Assembly: GCA_029565915.1 (NCBI GenBank)
Contig: JAKQNG010000046.1
Span: 73-64,072, forward strand
Origin: Deltaproteobacteria bacterium
GTDB lineage: Bacteria > Myxococcota_A > Polyangia > JAAYKL01
Length of the DNA stretch: 64,000 bases
Reading direction: 5' to 3'
The notes under the pieces were generated by a model that was not told where the DNA came from, did not search any database, and saw only the letters and a program-made list of their open reading frames with translations. Of this stretch, positions 1 to 9,802 are shown piece after piece. Numbering within the stretch: the stretch's first letter is position 1; every line of letters begins with the position of its first letter. Position numbers and translations under genes: made by a program.

Positions 1-120
1 CCAGCGACTGGTCCGGGCGCCTTCCAGGCCCACGATGCGGCCGATGGCGGCATCGGACAGGGATTCCTGACTCACCTCATCGGCCACCCTGCGCACCAGC
101 TTGAACAGCTCCGCGGCCAT
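1..120 (-). CDS. Hypothetical protein, N-terminal fragment (gene runs off window start); possible small DNA-binding regulator
   Basis: Reverse complement of 1..120 translates from ATG (118..120) as MAAELFKLVRRVADEVSQESLSDAAIGRIVGLEGARTSRW with no stop before the window edge. There is an upstream in-frame stop at 193..195. Not in the ORF track because it has no stop in the window. Function not recognised. Confidence 0.25.
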   Translation of the reverse strand, partial: MAAELFKLVRRVADEVSQESLSDAAIGRIVGLEGARTSRW

Positions 121-221
121 GGGAAATGGAATGACAGACTTTTTCACAAACGAAAGTCTACGCGGGGGAATTTCCCTTTGAAAGGCAAAACGTCAGGGGT
201 TGAAAGGGAGAAGTCAGGAGA

Positions 222-3200
222 TCAGTCGAGGGTGTTGATGACCGTGTACACGCCGTCCGTGATGATCATCAGGGTCATCCAGTCGCTGGTATCGCTGCAG
301 CCCGACGTGGGAAGCGTGACGGTCTCCAGGAGACCATCCTCATCGTACACATTCACCGAGCCGGCACCAGTGCAGATGGATCTGGCATCGGACTGACCCG
401 ACCAATTGTGAATACGCACAGTATACGTGCCATCCTGAACCTCAAATATTGTCAGAATATCCGACACACTGGACGTTCTATCCTGCAGATGAATACCAAC
501 ACCGTCTGTATTCTGGAACCAAATATAGTCCCCGCCGGGTGTGTAGGAATGGAAATCAAAATCCAGTCCGTTGGTAAACATTTCCAGCCGCAGGTAGGGA
601 GATCCGACTGCCCATTCATCTGCGCCGACATCGAACCCAAACCATTTCGGACGACTGTTGAACTGAATGTCCACCGTATTCACCACACCAAACCAGATGG
701 GATCCACACCGGCATCCACAACCGGATCGCCCAGATCATCAATCAGATAATCCGCATCCAGGCTCGGGTCCACGGAGATGTTGTCCGCCGCGCCTTCGCA
801 TCCAGGCCACCCGCAGGCGTTGACCTCGCCGATGTCGCTGATGCCGTTATACAGGTTCACGCCCACCAGGTCGTTGTTGAACACGAGCACGGCGCTGCCG
901 CCGGGCGCCCAGTCGGCCAGTGCCGGCACACCCATCGTGGCGCTCATGTCCACCACGTTGTTGACCACACTGACATCCGTCGTGCCGGTGCCGACCCATG
1001 CCATACCAGCCAGCATCGGATCGGTCTGCATCAGCATTCCAAGGCCCACGACCGGGAACACCACCGTGTTATTGGCCATGTCCACCGTCATGCCGAATCC
1101 ACCCAGCACGCCCACCGCGATGCCGCTGCCGGTGGTTGCGGTGCCGATATCGCCTGCGCCGCCGTCCACCACCATGGAGTTCACAATGGTCAGATCCGCT
1201 CCAAGGGCCACAACACCCGCCACGTTGACTTCCTGGGTGCCTGCCGTGCTGGCTTCCGCAATGCCGAAGTCCACCCGCGTCTCGCGGATGATGACTTCGT
1301 CTCCCACATAGGTGGGCAGGCTGGCCGAGCTCAGCAGGGTTGAGAACCCGAAGGCGCTGGCGGTCGCATCCGTCACATTGCCGCCCGTTACCGTGGCCGA
1401 TGCATCCGAAGGTACGATCTCCGACCGGATGACCGTTGCATTGCCCGCCGGCGCGTAAACCGCGATGGCCGTTGCCGTTGCACCGCCCGTCGTGCCCTGG
1501 GCGTCCGCCGTACCGGAGAAGAGCCCGCTGTCCTGCACCAGTAGATCGCCGCCGCTGGTCATGTCGATACCGATGGCCGACGCGTTCGCTGTCGCCTGAA
1601 TCGCCAGGGCGTCACCGCCGTCGACGAGACATCTGGACAGCACAAGGTCGGACCCGAGGATGGCCCGGACCGCAATCGTATTGGTCCGGTTCGAAGGACC
1701 GGTGACGGCAAAGTCAGTGATCGTGATATCCGCATCCGCCGTAATGGTTGCCGGTGCAATGGTCACACCGCGGATGGCAGACATGTCACCCCGCCGGGAC
1801 CAGGTCCACGGAGACGTGGTCGATTCCACGTCATAACCGCCGTACAGGGACACGGAAGAAGTAATCGCTTCCACATAGGATGCCCGGTTGCTGACCACAA
1901 CCGCGCCGCGACCCAGCAGCTCCGCTTCCTGGATACCGCGGGTAATGGTCTTGAACGGCGCGCTGTCCGTGCCGTCGCCCAGGGTGTCACTGCCTTCAAG
2001 GCCGTCCACATAGATGACTGTGGTATTGTTGATGTTGAAATCGCCATTTTCACAGTCGTTGTCCACGCCGTCGTCGGGAATTTCCACAGCGCCGGGGAAC
2101 ACATCGTCGTTCGCATCGTTGCAGTCCACGCCGTTGCTGAGATCGGCCAGGTAGCCGCCCTTCAGGACGTCGCCCGAACACACGTCTTCGAGGCCGCCGG
2201 CGGCGAACAGGTCGTTGTCGCCATCCCGGTAACCCGACAGGATCTGCCATGCCAGCGCCTGGCTGTCGTTGCAGTCCGTGTTGACTTCGGAGCGGTTGGT
2301 CGCTGCCACGCAGTCGCCGATGCCGGCCGCAGCCGCCACGTCTTCCACCGTGCTGCTGACGCCGACTTCATCGTTGTCCGCATCCACATAACAGGCCACA
2401 AAGCCGTTGCAGTTGTCGTCGTGGATATCCGCAACGACTTCTGCCATGCCCGGATTCGTTTGCGCGCGGCCGTCGTTGCAGTCTGTCGTGTCGAGCAGAT
2501 AACCGACCGGCTGTTCGCAGGCGGTCGCCGGGTTGAGCAGGTTGCCGTACATGTCGCCGTCAACGTCCGCATACCACTCCTGACCCGGGAACTCGTTCGC
2601 ATCCGCGTCATCGCAATCGTCATCGTTGCTCGACCGGCTGGCCATGTCGTCGCAGACCGCAGAACCCATGCCGTTTGCCGCGGCGGGGCCTTCCACCACT
2701 ACCGTGGAACCGTAATCGTCGTTATCGAAATCTTCAAAGCAGTTGATGGTGCCGCTGCAGTCCTGATCAATAATGTCTCCGGCGAAGTCCATTGCGCCCA
2801 CATGGGTCTGGACATCGCCGTCGTTGCAGTCCGAATTGTTGTTCGGCACCTGATTGCCCTGCATCGGATCGCGCTGGCAGCCGTATGCATCGTCGTCTTC
2901 ATCGCCCTGACCGTCCATATCCGCATCCAGATACCAGAGCTGGCCCGGGAACTCCTGCGCATCCGCGTCGTCGCAGTCCGTGTTGTCGTCTTCCAGCGCA
3001 ACCGCTGCCGCGCATGAACCCGCCGGGGCCATTCCGTCCGCCGCAGGAAGCGCATCGTCCGAAGACTCGCCGGCACCGAATCCGTCTTCGTCACTGTCGA
3101 CGAAGCAGGCAATGTAGCCACTGCAGTTCTCGTCCATGTCATTGCCGGCCACTTCGGCGTTGGCAGGAGCCATGAGCGCTCCGTTGGTGACGTTGTCATT

Positions 3201-6200
3201 GCAGTCCAGCTGGTTGGTCACGAAGCCGAAGGGCACCGTGCCGTCCGTGCAGAGCCACTGGGTTTCCAGACCGTAAGTGTCTCCGTCCCTGTCGTGGTAC
3301 AGCAACATCTCTTCCCACACGGTCGCCGCATCGTCACGGCAATCGGTATTCACGGATGAGCGGTTCGCCGCCAGATCGCAGGAGGCCTCACCACCCACCG
3401 CAACGACGTCTTCCATGATGGTATCCACGCCGTGGTTATCGTTGTCTGCATCCAGGTAGCAGGCAATGAAACCATTGCAGTTGTCGTCGTAATCGTCGGC
3501 GACCACGTCACCCACTACGCCCGGATTACTCAGTGCCCGGTCGTCATCGCAGTCCCAGGCAGAGGAATTCTCCGTGTAGTAAGTACCCGTGCGGTCACAC
3601 ACCCCGGATCCCTCCACGCCGTAGCCGTCCGAATCCGCATCCGTGTACCAGGTGTGATTCGGATTATCCATGGGATCCTCATCGTCACAATCGGTGTTCA
3701 CAGCAGATCGATTCACCGTAGCGACGCAGGACGCCAGACCGCTGATTGCCGGCACATCTTCAACAACTGTCACGTCACCGAACTCATCATTGTCCACATC
3801 GATGTAGCAGGCGATTAAGCCGTCGCAGTCATCGTCGTGGTCGTCGCCAACCACATCAGTGGCCATACCCGGATTGGTCTCGGCGCGGCTGTCGTTGCAG
3901 TCCCAGGCCCATCCGCTTCCGGGATTGTTCAGCGTGTACAGATCCGTGTTGCCTGTGCGGTCACAAACATCGGAACCCATCACGCCGTAACCGTCCTCGT
4001 CCGCATCCGTGTACCAGGTGTTGCCGGGGTTATCCATCGCGTCCGCGTCATCGCAGTCGTCGTTGTTGTCCGACTGGTTGGCAGCCGCCACACAGTCTCC
4101 CATGGCATTGACAGCGGCCAGATTCTCGTTCACTCCCATGCCGTAACTGTCGTTGTCACCGTCCGTATAACAAGCGATGAAACCGTTGCAGTCATCATCG
4201 TAATCGTTGGCGACAACCTCCGTTGCACCCGGATTGCTTTCGGCCCGGCTGTCATCACAGTCCCAGGCAGACGTATTCTCCGTGTAAAGGGTTGTGTCCC
4301 CGGTGCGGTCACATACATCGGTCCCGACAAGCCCATAGCCATCCCGGTCTGTATCTGTGTACCAGGTGTGCGCGGGGTTATCCATCGGGTCCGCATCGTC
4401 GCAGTCATCGTCATTGTTCGCGCGACCGTCCGCGGCCACGCAGTCGCCGATGCCGTTCAGGGCGCTCACGTCTTCAGCAGTCGCTGCCACGCCGTAATTA
4501 TCATTGTCCACATCTTCGTAGCAGTTGATCAAGCCGTTGCAGTTGTCGTCATTTACATCGCCGACCGTGTCGACGGCAACGCCCGGATTGGTCTCGGCGC
4601 GGCTGTCATTGCAGTCCCAGGCCGCATCATTCTGCGTAAACAGGGCGGTGTCACCCGTGCGATCGCAGACGCCGGAATCCATCACGCCGTACCCATCCAG
4701 ATCCGCGTCCGTGTACCAGACGTTGTCCGGATTATCCATCGGGTCCGCGTCATCGCAGTCGTCATCATTCACTGAGCGATTCACCACCGCCATGCAATCG
4801 CCGATACCGTTGGCAGCGGTCACATCTTCTACGACCGTCAATGAACCGAAGTCGTCATTATCCGCATCCAGATAGCAGGCAACCAGATTGTTGCAGTCCT
4901 GATCCAGCGTATCGCCGGAAATTTCCGTTCCGCCGGCCAGCACCGTCGCGTCGGTGTCGAGGCAGTCGGTGTTGTTGTCCACCCAGCCCACCGCCGGCGC
5001 ATCGTGGTCGTCGTTGGTGCAGTACAGGAAGGGCGAACCGCCGCCGATCTGCATGCGGCCCTGGCCGTCCAGATCCTCATCGCGGTAGAAATAGACATCC
5101 ACCCATTCGGTTTCTTCGGTGTCGTTGCAGTCCGTGGAAACCGCGGACAGGTTGTTGTTATCATCCGCACAACTGTCGCCTTCGGCGATGACAACGGAGG
5201 AGACCCACACCACCGCAGATACGCCGTGGTTGTCATTATCGCTGTCCTGATAACAGGCATCCACGCCGTCACAGTTCTCGTCGATGCCGTTGGCAACGAT
5301 CTCAAGTATGTTCGCAGCACCGGGATGAATGTTCGCATTTTCATCGTTGCAGTCGTCCGCGTCATCTTCGTAGGCGCCACTGGTGGCACAGGAATCGACC
5401 GGGGCCATTCCGCCGGAAGCGACAATGACATTATCCGGGGTCACACTGGCACCGAAGCCATCGCCGTCGTTGTCAAAGTAGCAGGCGATGCCGCCGCTGC
5501 AGTTCTCGTCCACATCATTGCCGGACACTTCCGCCATGCCCGGATTGATGGTCGCCGTTGCATCGTTGCAGTCGAGGCCATTCAGCTCATCACCGGCGGA
5601 ACCTCTCTGGCACGCGCTGGTGATGGCCGGATTGCCATAACCGTCGCCGTCCGCATCGGCATACCAGATGACGCCCGGATATTCCTGAGCATCTGCATCG
5701 TCGCAATCCGTATTGTCGAGCACCGCATTGACCGTCGGGCGGCAGTCTTCCGATACCGCCGGATTGCCGAAGCCGTCATTGTCCGCGTCGGCATACCAGG
5801 TCACGCCCGGGTACCAGGCACCGTTGGTGTCATCGCAGTCAAGGGCGTTGTCGGCAAAGCCCACCCACGCGGCGCAGCTGCCTCCATCAACCACCGTTGC
5901 GTCATCCGTCGAGGAAGAACCATAGGTATCGCCGTCGCCGTCCACATAGCAGCCGATGTAGCCGTTGCAGTTTTCGTCTGTCCCGTTGGCAACGATTTCC
6001 GTCGCGCCCCGGTTGATGGCGGCATTTGTATCGTCGCAGTCCGTGTGCGCGTTCGGATTCACCACCAGGGCATCCGGCGTGGCGCCCACAAAGTGGGAAG
6101 GCACCGCATCAAATTCCCAGTCAGAACCGGCCAGTGGCTGGCAGAGATTTCCCGCGTGGCCGGCATCGCCATAACCGTCGCCGTCCCGGTCCGGATACCA

Positions 6201-8336
6201 CATGACTTCGGGATTCTCATTCGGATCCGCGTCGTCGCAGTCGCCGGCACAGACCAGCCAACCGTCGTTGTCCTCATCCGTGCCAACGCCCTCGTCCGCA
6301 TTGCCGTTGCAGTTGTTGTCAATTCCGTCGCAGGTGATCTCCATGGCACCCGGGTTGACCGCAACATTGGCGTCGTTGCAGTCGCCCTCGCCGCAGGTGT
6401 ATCCGTCGCTGTCAAAATCGTTCTGATCATCCAGCGTCGCCGCATTGCAGTCGTCGTCCGCACCGTTACAAAGGACTTCCGTACGGCCCGGATTCACGGA
6501 CGCATCCGCGTCATTGCAGTCCACCAGGCATCCATATCCGTCGAAATCCGAATCCAGGTTGTCCAGTGTACCGGCATCGCAGTCCTCGTTGATGCTGTTG
6601 CAGGGGACTTCCGTCGCATCGGGATTCACGGCCGGATCCGCATCGTTACAGTCCTGATTGTTGTCCGCATAGAGCGGCGGCAGGACTTCCGTGTCGTCGC
6701 CGACACAGACCAGCATCGCCGCGCCCGTGCCGAAGCTGTCTTCGTCGTTGTCGCGATAGGCGCTGGTGTTCTGCCAGATAGCATTGTCATTGTCGGCGCA
6801 GTCGCCGCCGCCGTTGGTGCTGTAACCGGCCGGCACCGTCGCATCCGGCGCGCAGACGTTCTGTCCCGTCCCCACCAGCCCGTGGCCATCATTGTCGCTG
6901 TCCACGTAAACATTCGTAATCAGGTAGTGAATAGAATTGTCACTATCATTACAGTCGCTGCTCACATCGGAGTATCCGGCCGGGGCCGTTACACCGTCCG
7001 TGCAGACGGACACCAGACCGCCGGCGCCGAACCCGTCGCCGTCATTGTCGAGGTACAGGGACATATTCGTGTGCAGCAGGGCATCCGAGGGCGCGCAGTC
7101 GTCGTCGTTATCCGCCCAACCGGCAGGAAGGTCGGTTCCGTTGGAGCAGACCGAAGAGGGGCTGCCGGCGCCGAAGCCGTCGTTGTCCATATCCTGCCAG
7201 CCGAACAGACCGAACGTCCACACCAGTGCATCCGCGTCATTGCAGTCCGTTCCATCCGTGGACCAGCCGGCCGGGGCGCTGTCACCGGCGCAGACCTCGT
7301 CCAGAGTGCCCGTGCCGTATCCATCGCCGTCGCCGTCCTGATAATACAGGTCAATCTGCCACGCGCTGCTGTTGTCGTCATCGCAGTCGCCGGTCACATC
7401 GGCATAATTGTCCGCGGCCACACAACCGGTGGCGACTTCGACAACTTCCTCGATTCCGGATGATCCGATGCCGTCGTTGTCCGCATCCGTATAACAGGCC
7501 ACCAGCGTGTCGCAGTCGTGATCAACCCCGTCACCGATGACTTCAAACGCACCCGGATAAACCGAATCGTCCTCATCGTTACAGTCGTCCGAATTGTCTG
7601 CAGCGCCAGCCACGTCAAAGCAGTTCAGCGCCGGATCCACCACGTCTTCCCAGGTTGCCACGCCGTAGTTGTCCCCGTCCGCATCCAGATAGCAGCCAAT
7701 GGCCAGGTTGCAGTTTTCATCGACGATGTTTCCGGGAATCTCGCCCGCACCCGGGTTCACTGTCATATCAATATCGTCGCAATCGCCGCCGTCCACCGCG
7801 TGTGTATCGGGCAGTGCCGCGCCGGAACAGACGACGACAGGCTCGCCGGCACCCCAGCCGTCCCCGTCCTCATCGAGATAGCCGGTCAGTTCCTGCCACA
7901 CGCCGCTGTTCTCGTCGTCGCAGTCCGGCCCGGCAACGCAGTTCGTGCCGTAAGTGTCCTCATCTCCGTCCTCACAGAGCAGTTCCGTCCCCGAATCCGA
8001 ATCGCTCTCCGAATCCGTTCCCGTGTCGGTGTCCGTGTCGGTGTCCGTGTCGGTGTCCGTGTCGGTGTCCGTGTCGGTGTCCGTGTCGGTGTCCGTATCG
8101 GTGTCCGTGTCGGTATCCGTGTCGGTGTCCGTGTCGGTATCCGTGTCGGTATCCGTGTCGGTGTCCGTGTCGGTGTCCGTGTCGGTATCCGTGTCGGTGT
8201 CCGCAGACGACGAATCGCTCGTTGAATCCGAATCGTCGCTGCCGCCGCCACCTTCGCCGCCGCAGGATGCGAGCAGCGCTGCACTGAGAATGAGACTCAA
8301 TGCCAGGAAACATTTTCTGAGAGTGTGGACTGCCAT
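222..8336 (-). CDS. Giant (~2,700 aa) secreted lipoprotein or adhesin-like surface protein: signal peptide with lipobox, poly(Thr-Asp) linker, ~20 Cys/Asp-rich MopE/TSP3-like putative metal(Ca)-binding repeats, C-terminal parallel beta-helix region
   Basis: Continuous 2,750-codon ORF. Internal Met MAVHTLRKCFLALSLILSAALLASCGG (signal peptide plus lipobox) is preceded by a perfect AAGGAG RBS (rc of 8341..8350), so the start is placed at 8336. About 30 TD dipeptides follow. Repeated DxDxDGxG...C...DC(D/N)DxDxxxxPGxxExxxNGxDxDC(D/N)G modules follow. The last ~450 aa (coords ~222..1700) are Gly/Thr/Ala-rich with NxxxI/V beta-helix-like periodicity. Confidence 0.8.
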   Translation of the reverse strand: MAVHTLRKCFLALSLILSAALLASCGGEGGGGSDDSDSTSDSSSADTDTDTDTDTDTDTDTDTDTDTDTDTDTDTDTDTDTDTDTDTDTDTDTDTDTDTDTDTDTGTDSESDSDSGTELLCEDGDEDTYGTNCVAGPDCDDENSGVWQELTGYLDEDGDGWGAGEPVVVCSGAALPDTHAVDGGDCDDIDMTVNPGAGEIPGNIVDENCNLAIGCYLDADGDNYGVATWEDVVDPALNCFDVAGAADNSDDCNDEDDSVYPGAFEVIGDGVDHDCDTLVACYTDADNDGIGSSGIEEVVEVATGCVAADNYADVTGDCDDDNSSAWQIDLYYQDGDGDGYGTGTLDEVCAGDSAPAGWSTDGTDCNDADALVWTFGLFGWQDMDNDGFGAGSPSSVCSNGTDLPAGWADNDDDCAPSDALLHTNMSLYLDNDGDGFGAGGLVSVCTDGVTAPAGYSDVSSDCNDSDNSIHYLITNVYVDSDNDGHGLVGTGQNVCAPDATVPAGYSTNGGGDCADNDNAIWQNTSAYRDNDEDSFGTGAAMLVCVGDDTEVLPPLYADNNQDCNDADPAVNPDATEVPCNSINEDCDAGTLDNLDSDFDGYGCLVDCNDADASVNPGRTEVLCNGADDDCNAATLDDQNDFDSDGYTCGEGDCNDANVAVNPGAMEITCDGIDNNCNGNADEGVGTDEDNDGWLVCAGDCDDADPNENPEVMWYPDRDGDGYGDAGHAGNLCQPLAGSDWEFDAVPSHFVGATPDALVVNPNAHTDCDDTNAAINRGATEIVANGTDENCNGYIGCYVDGDGDTYGSSSTDDATVVDGGSCAAWVGFADNALDCDDTNGAWYPGVTWYADADNDGFGNPAVSEDCRPTVNAVLDNTDCDDADAQEYPGVIWYADADGDGYGNPAITSACQRGSAGDELNGLDCNDATATINPGMAEVSGNDVDENCSGGIACYFDNDGDGFGASVTPDNVIVASGGMAPVDSCATSGAYEDDADDCNDENANIHPGAANILEIVANGIDENCDGVDACYQDSDNDNHGVSAVVWVSSVVIAEGDSCADDNNNLSAVSTDCNDTEETEWVDVYFYRDEDLDGQGRMQIGGGSPFLYCTNDDHDAPAVGWVDNNTDCLDTDATVLAGGTEISGDTLDQDCNNLVACYLDADNDDFGSLTVVEDVTAANGIGDCMAVVNRSVNDDDCDDADPMDNPDNVWYTDADLDGYGVMDSGVCDRTGDTALFTQNDAAWDCNDSRAETNPGVAVDTVGDVNDDNCNGLINCYEDVDNDNYGVAATAEDVSALNGIGDCVAADGRANNDDDCDDADPMDNPAHTWYTDTDRDGYGLVGTDVCDRTGDTTLYTENTSAWDCDDSRAESNPGATEVVANDYDDDCNGFIACYTDGDNDSYGMGVNENLAAVNAMGDCVAAANQSDNNDDCDDADAMDNPGNTWYTDADEDGYGVMGSDVCDRTGNTDLYTLNNPGSGWAWDCNDSRAETNPGMATDVVGDDHDDDCDGLIACYIDVDNDEFGDVTVVEDVPAISGLASCVATVNRSAVNTDCDDEDPMDNPNHTWYTDADSDGYGVEGSGVCDRTGTYYTENSSAWDCDDDRALSNPGVVGDVVADDYDDNCNGFIACYLDADNDNHGVDTIMEDVVAVGGEASCDLAANRSSVNTDCRDDAATVWEEMLLYHDRDGDTYGLETQWLCTDGTVPFGFVTNQLDCNDNVTNGALMAPANAEVAGNDMDENCSGYIACFVDSDEDGFGAGESSDDALPAADGMAPAGSCAAAVALEDDNTDCDDADAQEFPGQLWYLDADMDGQGDEDDDAYGCQRDPMQGNQVPNNNSDCNDGDVQTHVGAMDFAGDIIDQDCSGTINCFEDFDNDDYGSTVVVEGPAAANGMGSAVCDDMASRSSNDDDCDDADANEFPGQEWYADVDGDMYGNLLNPATACEQPVGYLLDTTDCNDGRAQTNPGMAEVVADIHDDNCNGFVACYVDADNDEVGVSSTVEDVAAAAGIGDCVAATNRSEVNTDCNDSQALAWQILSGYRDGDNDLFAAGGLEDVCSGDVLKGGYLADLSNGVDCNDANDDVFPGAVEIPDDGVDNDCENGDFNINNTTVIYVDGLEGSDTLGDGTDSAPFKTITRGIQEAELLGRGAVVVSNRASYVEAITSSVSLYGGYDVESTTSPWTWSRRGDMSAIRGVTIAPATITADADITITDFAVTGPSNRTNTIAVRAILGSDLVLSRCLVDGGDALAIQATANASAIGIDMTSGGDLLVQDSGLFSGTADAQGTTGGATATAIAVYAPAGNATVIRSEIVPSDASATVTGGNVTDATASAFGFSTLLSSASLPTYVGDEVIIRETRVDFGIAEASTAGTQEVNVAGVVALGADLTIVNSMVVDGGAGDIGTATTGSGIAVGVLGGFGMTVDMANNTVVFPVVGLGMLMQTDPMLAGMAWVGTGTTDVSVVNNVVDMSATMGVPALADWAPGGSAVLVFNNDLVGVNLYNGISDIGEVNACGWPGCEGAADNISVDPSLDADYLIDDLGDPVVDAGVDPIWFGVVNTVDIQFNSRPKWFGFDVGADEWAVGSPYLRLEMFTNGLDFDFHSYTPGGDYIWFQNTDGVGIHLQDRTSSVSDILTIFEVQDGTYTVRIHNWSGQSDARSICTGAGSVNVYDEDGLLETVTLPTSGCSDTSDWMTLMIITDGVYTVINTLD
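3300..4800 (-). repeat. Four tandem, highly similar ~360-bp (~120-aa) super-repeats inside the giant lipoprotein gene
   Basis: Protein blocks ...CDDADPMDNP(x)TWYTDADxDGYG..VCDRTG...WDC(D/N)DSRAE(T/S)NPG... recur four times. Matching DNA strings ccatcgggtccgc(a/g)tc(g/a)tcgcagtc(a/g)tc... occur at ~3660, ~4030, ~4380 and ~4740. Confidence 0.8.
8015..8210 (-). repeat. Coding hexanucleotide microsatellite (gtgtcggtgtccgtgtcggtatcc)n encoding the (Thr-Asp)~30 linker of the giant lipoprotein
   Basis: Near-perfect tandem 6-bp (and 12/24-bp) periodicity is visible on the + strand at 8019..8206. Confidence 0.9.
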
Positions 8337-8594
8337 GTGTATACTCCTTAAAAAGGGGTTCTCTCCGCTCCAATCGATTGATCTTCGCGGATACTGTTTG
8401 CCGTCGCGTACTTTGAACGAATCGCTGAAACCATAATGAATCATATTAGAGCGGAAATAGTATGCCTGGCTCAATATTTTGCAATGCGTTTGTTATTACA
8501 GTTTCACTAAAAACAGTCCCTCGTATCTGACCTTGTTGGTTCCCCGTCACAAACCATTTGAAATCGCCAATGGTTTAGGCAGACACTGACCGTC
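8337..8594. promoter_or_regulatory. AT-rich (~40% GC) divergent intergenic region between the giant lipoprotein gene and the sensor kinase gene; probable divergent promoters or regulatory region
   Basis: Composition contrasts sharply with the ~68% GC flanks. It contains the AAGGAG RBS of the lipoprotein gene. No sigma factor motif was confidently assigned. Confidence 0.4.
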
Positions 8595-9791
8595 ATGATG
8601 AACCGTCCCGGCATCGGCATCGGCGTCCGGCTTGCCTTCGCGCTGGGGATCGTTTTCTCCGCGTTCATCGTTCTCACCGAACTCACAGTCTCATCCATCG
8701 TTCGCGTGTCCATCGCCGGCGTCGACGAACCACCGGAAACACCGGACAGACCCGGAGACTCCAACGCGGTCCGGAAGGTACGCCGCTCCGTCCTGCTGTA
8801 CCTGATTACCGGCGCCGCCCTGGCACTTATCGTGTCCTTCTGGGCCATACACCGGGTTGCCGTCGCCCCTCTGCAACGCATGACCCGCGCCCTCGAAGAC
8901 GTCAGCGCCGGAAGCCTGACCACGAAGGTTCCCGTGGAAGGCGCAACGGAATTCATCGAACTCGCCCGCAGTTTCAACCGCATGGTGGACACCATCCGCA
9001 CCCAGCGCACCGCACTGGAAACCCAGCTCGCGGCCCTGGAATCGTCCGCCCGGGAACTCCGCACCACCCGGGACGAACTCATCCGGGCAGCCAAACTCGC
9101 ATCCGTTGGAACCCTCGCGTCCGGGGTGGCCCACGAAATCGGCAATCCCATCGCCGGTGTGCTGGGACTGCTCGACGTCCTCGACGGCGAAACCGATCCG
9201 GATGCCGCCGCGCGCTACCGCGGATTAATGCGAAAGGAAGTCCAACGGATCGATCGCACCATCGCCGATCTGCTCGCCTATGCCCGACCCGACAAGCTGT
9301 CATCCGGCGCGGCGTCCCGATGCGCCGTCATCGAAGTATTTGACCACGTGCAGCGACTGGCCCGCACCCAGAAACCCTTTGCGCACATCAACTTTTCACT
9401 GGATGCGCCGGCGAACCTGCCGGACGTCGCCATGTCCGACGATGCCCTGGGCAGCGTACTCATGAACCTGTTTTTGAATGCCGCCAAAGCCATCGACGGA
9501 GCGGGCCGCATTGAAGTCACCGCCGGGTGCATTTCCGGTTGGCGGCATCCGTCCGCCGCAGTGGAGAGAAACGCCGTCCGCCTGTCCGTCACCGACAGCG
9601 GTCCGGGCATCGCACCCCAACAGGCGGACCACATCTTCGACCCGTTCTTCACCGATCGGAAGGACGGCAGCGGCACAGGACTCGGTCTGGCCATCTGCCA
9701 GAGCGTGTGCGAACGGGCCGGCGCCGGAATTTCCCTTGATCGGGAGCACTGCGGCGGCGCCCGCTTCGTCATCACCATCCCCGCTGCATGA
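8595..9791 (+). CDS. Sensor histidine kinase (2 TM, HAMP, HisKA, HATPase_c), NtrB/BaeS-like; orphan, with no adjacent response regulator
   Basis: Two N-terminal hydrophobic segments, then a HAMP-like region. H-box ASVGTLASGVAHEIGNPIAGV; N/G boxes LMNLFLNAAKAI, DSGPGI, GTGLGLAICQ. Confidence 0.85.
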   Translation: MMNRPGIGIGVRLAFALGIVFSAFIVLTELTVSSIVRVSIAGVDEPPETPDRPGDSNAVRKVRRSVLLYLITGAALALIVSFWAIHRVAVAPLQRMTRALEDVSAGSLTTKVPVEGATEFIELARSFNRMVDTIRTQRTALETQLAALESSARELRTTRDELIRAAKLASVGTLASGVAHEIGNPIAGVLGLLDVLDGETDPDAAARYRGLMRKEVQRIDRTIADLLAYARPDKLSSGAASRCAVIEVFDHVQRLARTQKPFAHINFSLDAPANLPDVAMSDDALGSVLMNLFLNAAKAIDGAGRIEVTAGCISGWRHPSAAVERNAVRLSVTDSGPGIAPQQADHIFDPFFTDRKDGSGTGLGLAICQSVCERAGAGISLDREHCGGARFVITIPAA

Positions 9792-9802
9792 ACGCCGGGC
9801 CG

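Noticed and set aside
130-165. Inverted repeat agacttt-N10-aaagtct downstream of the giant gene stop; possible terminator
   Set aside because: The stem is AT-rich and short, the loop is long, and no U-tract follows on the relevant (minus) strand. It more likely lies in the leader of the partial gene at 1..120.
5004-7463. 819-aa + strand ORF (and many other long + ORFs at 408..1343, 2421..3017, 3837..4775) lying antisense to the giant lipoprotein gene
   Set aside because: The translations are Arg/Val/Gly-rich and low-complexity, with no domains. This is typical of open antisense frames in high-GC repetitive coding DNA. The minus-strand frame has coherent signal-peptide and repeat-domain architecture.
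8015-8210. Regularly spaced short repeats that could be mistaken for a CRISPR array (also at 16490..16685, 19780..19960, 61435..61565)
   Set aside because: Units are 6-24 bp contiguous microsatellites with no spacers, inside open reading frames encoding (Thr/Ser-Asp)n. They are not CRISPR.
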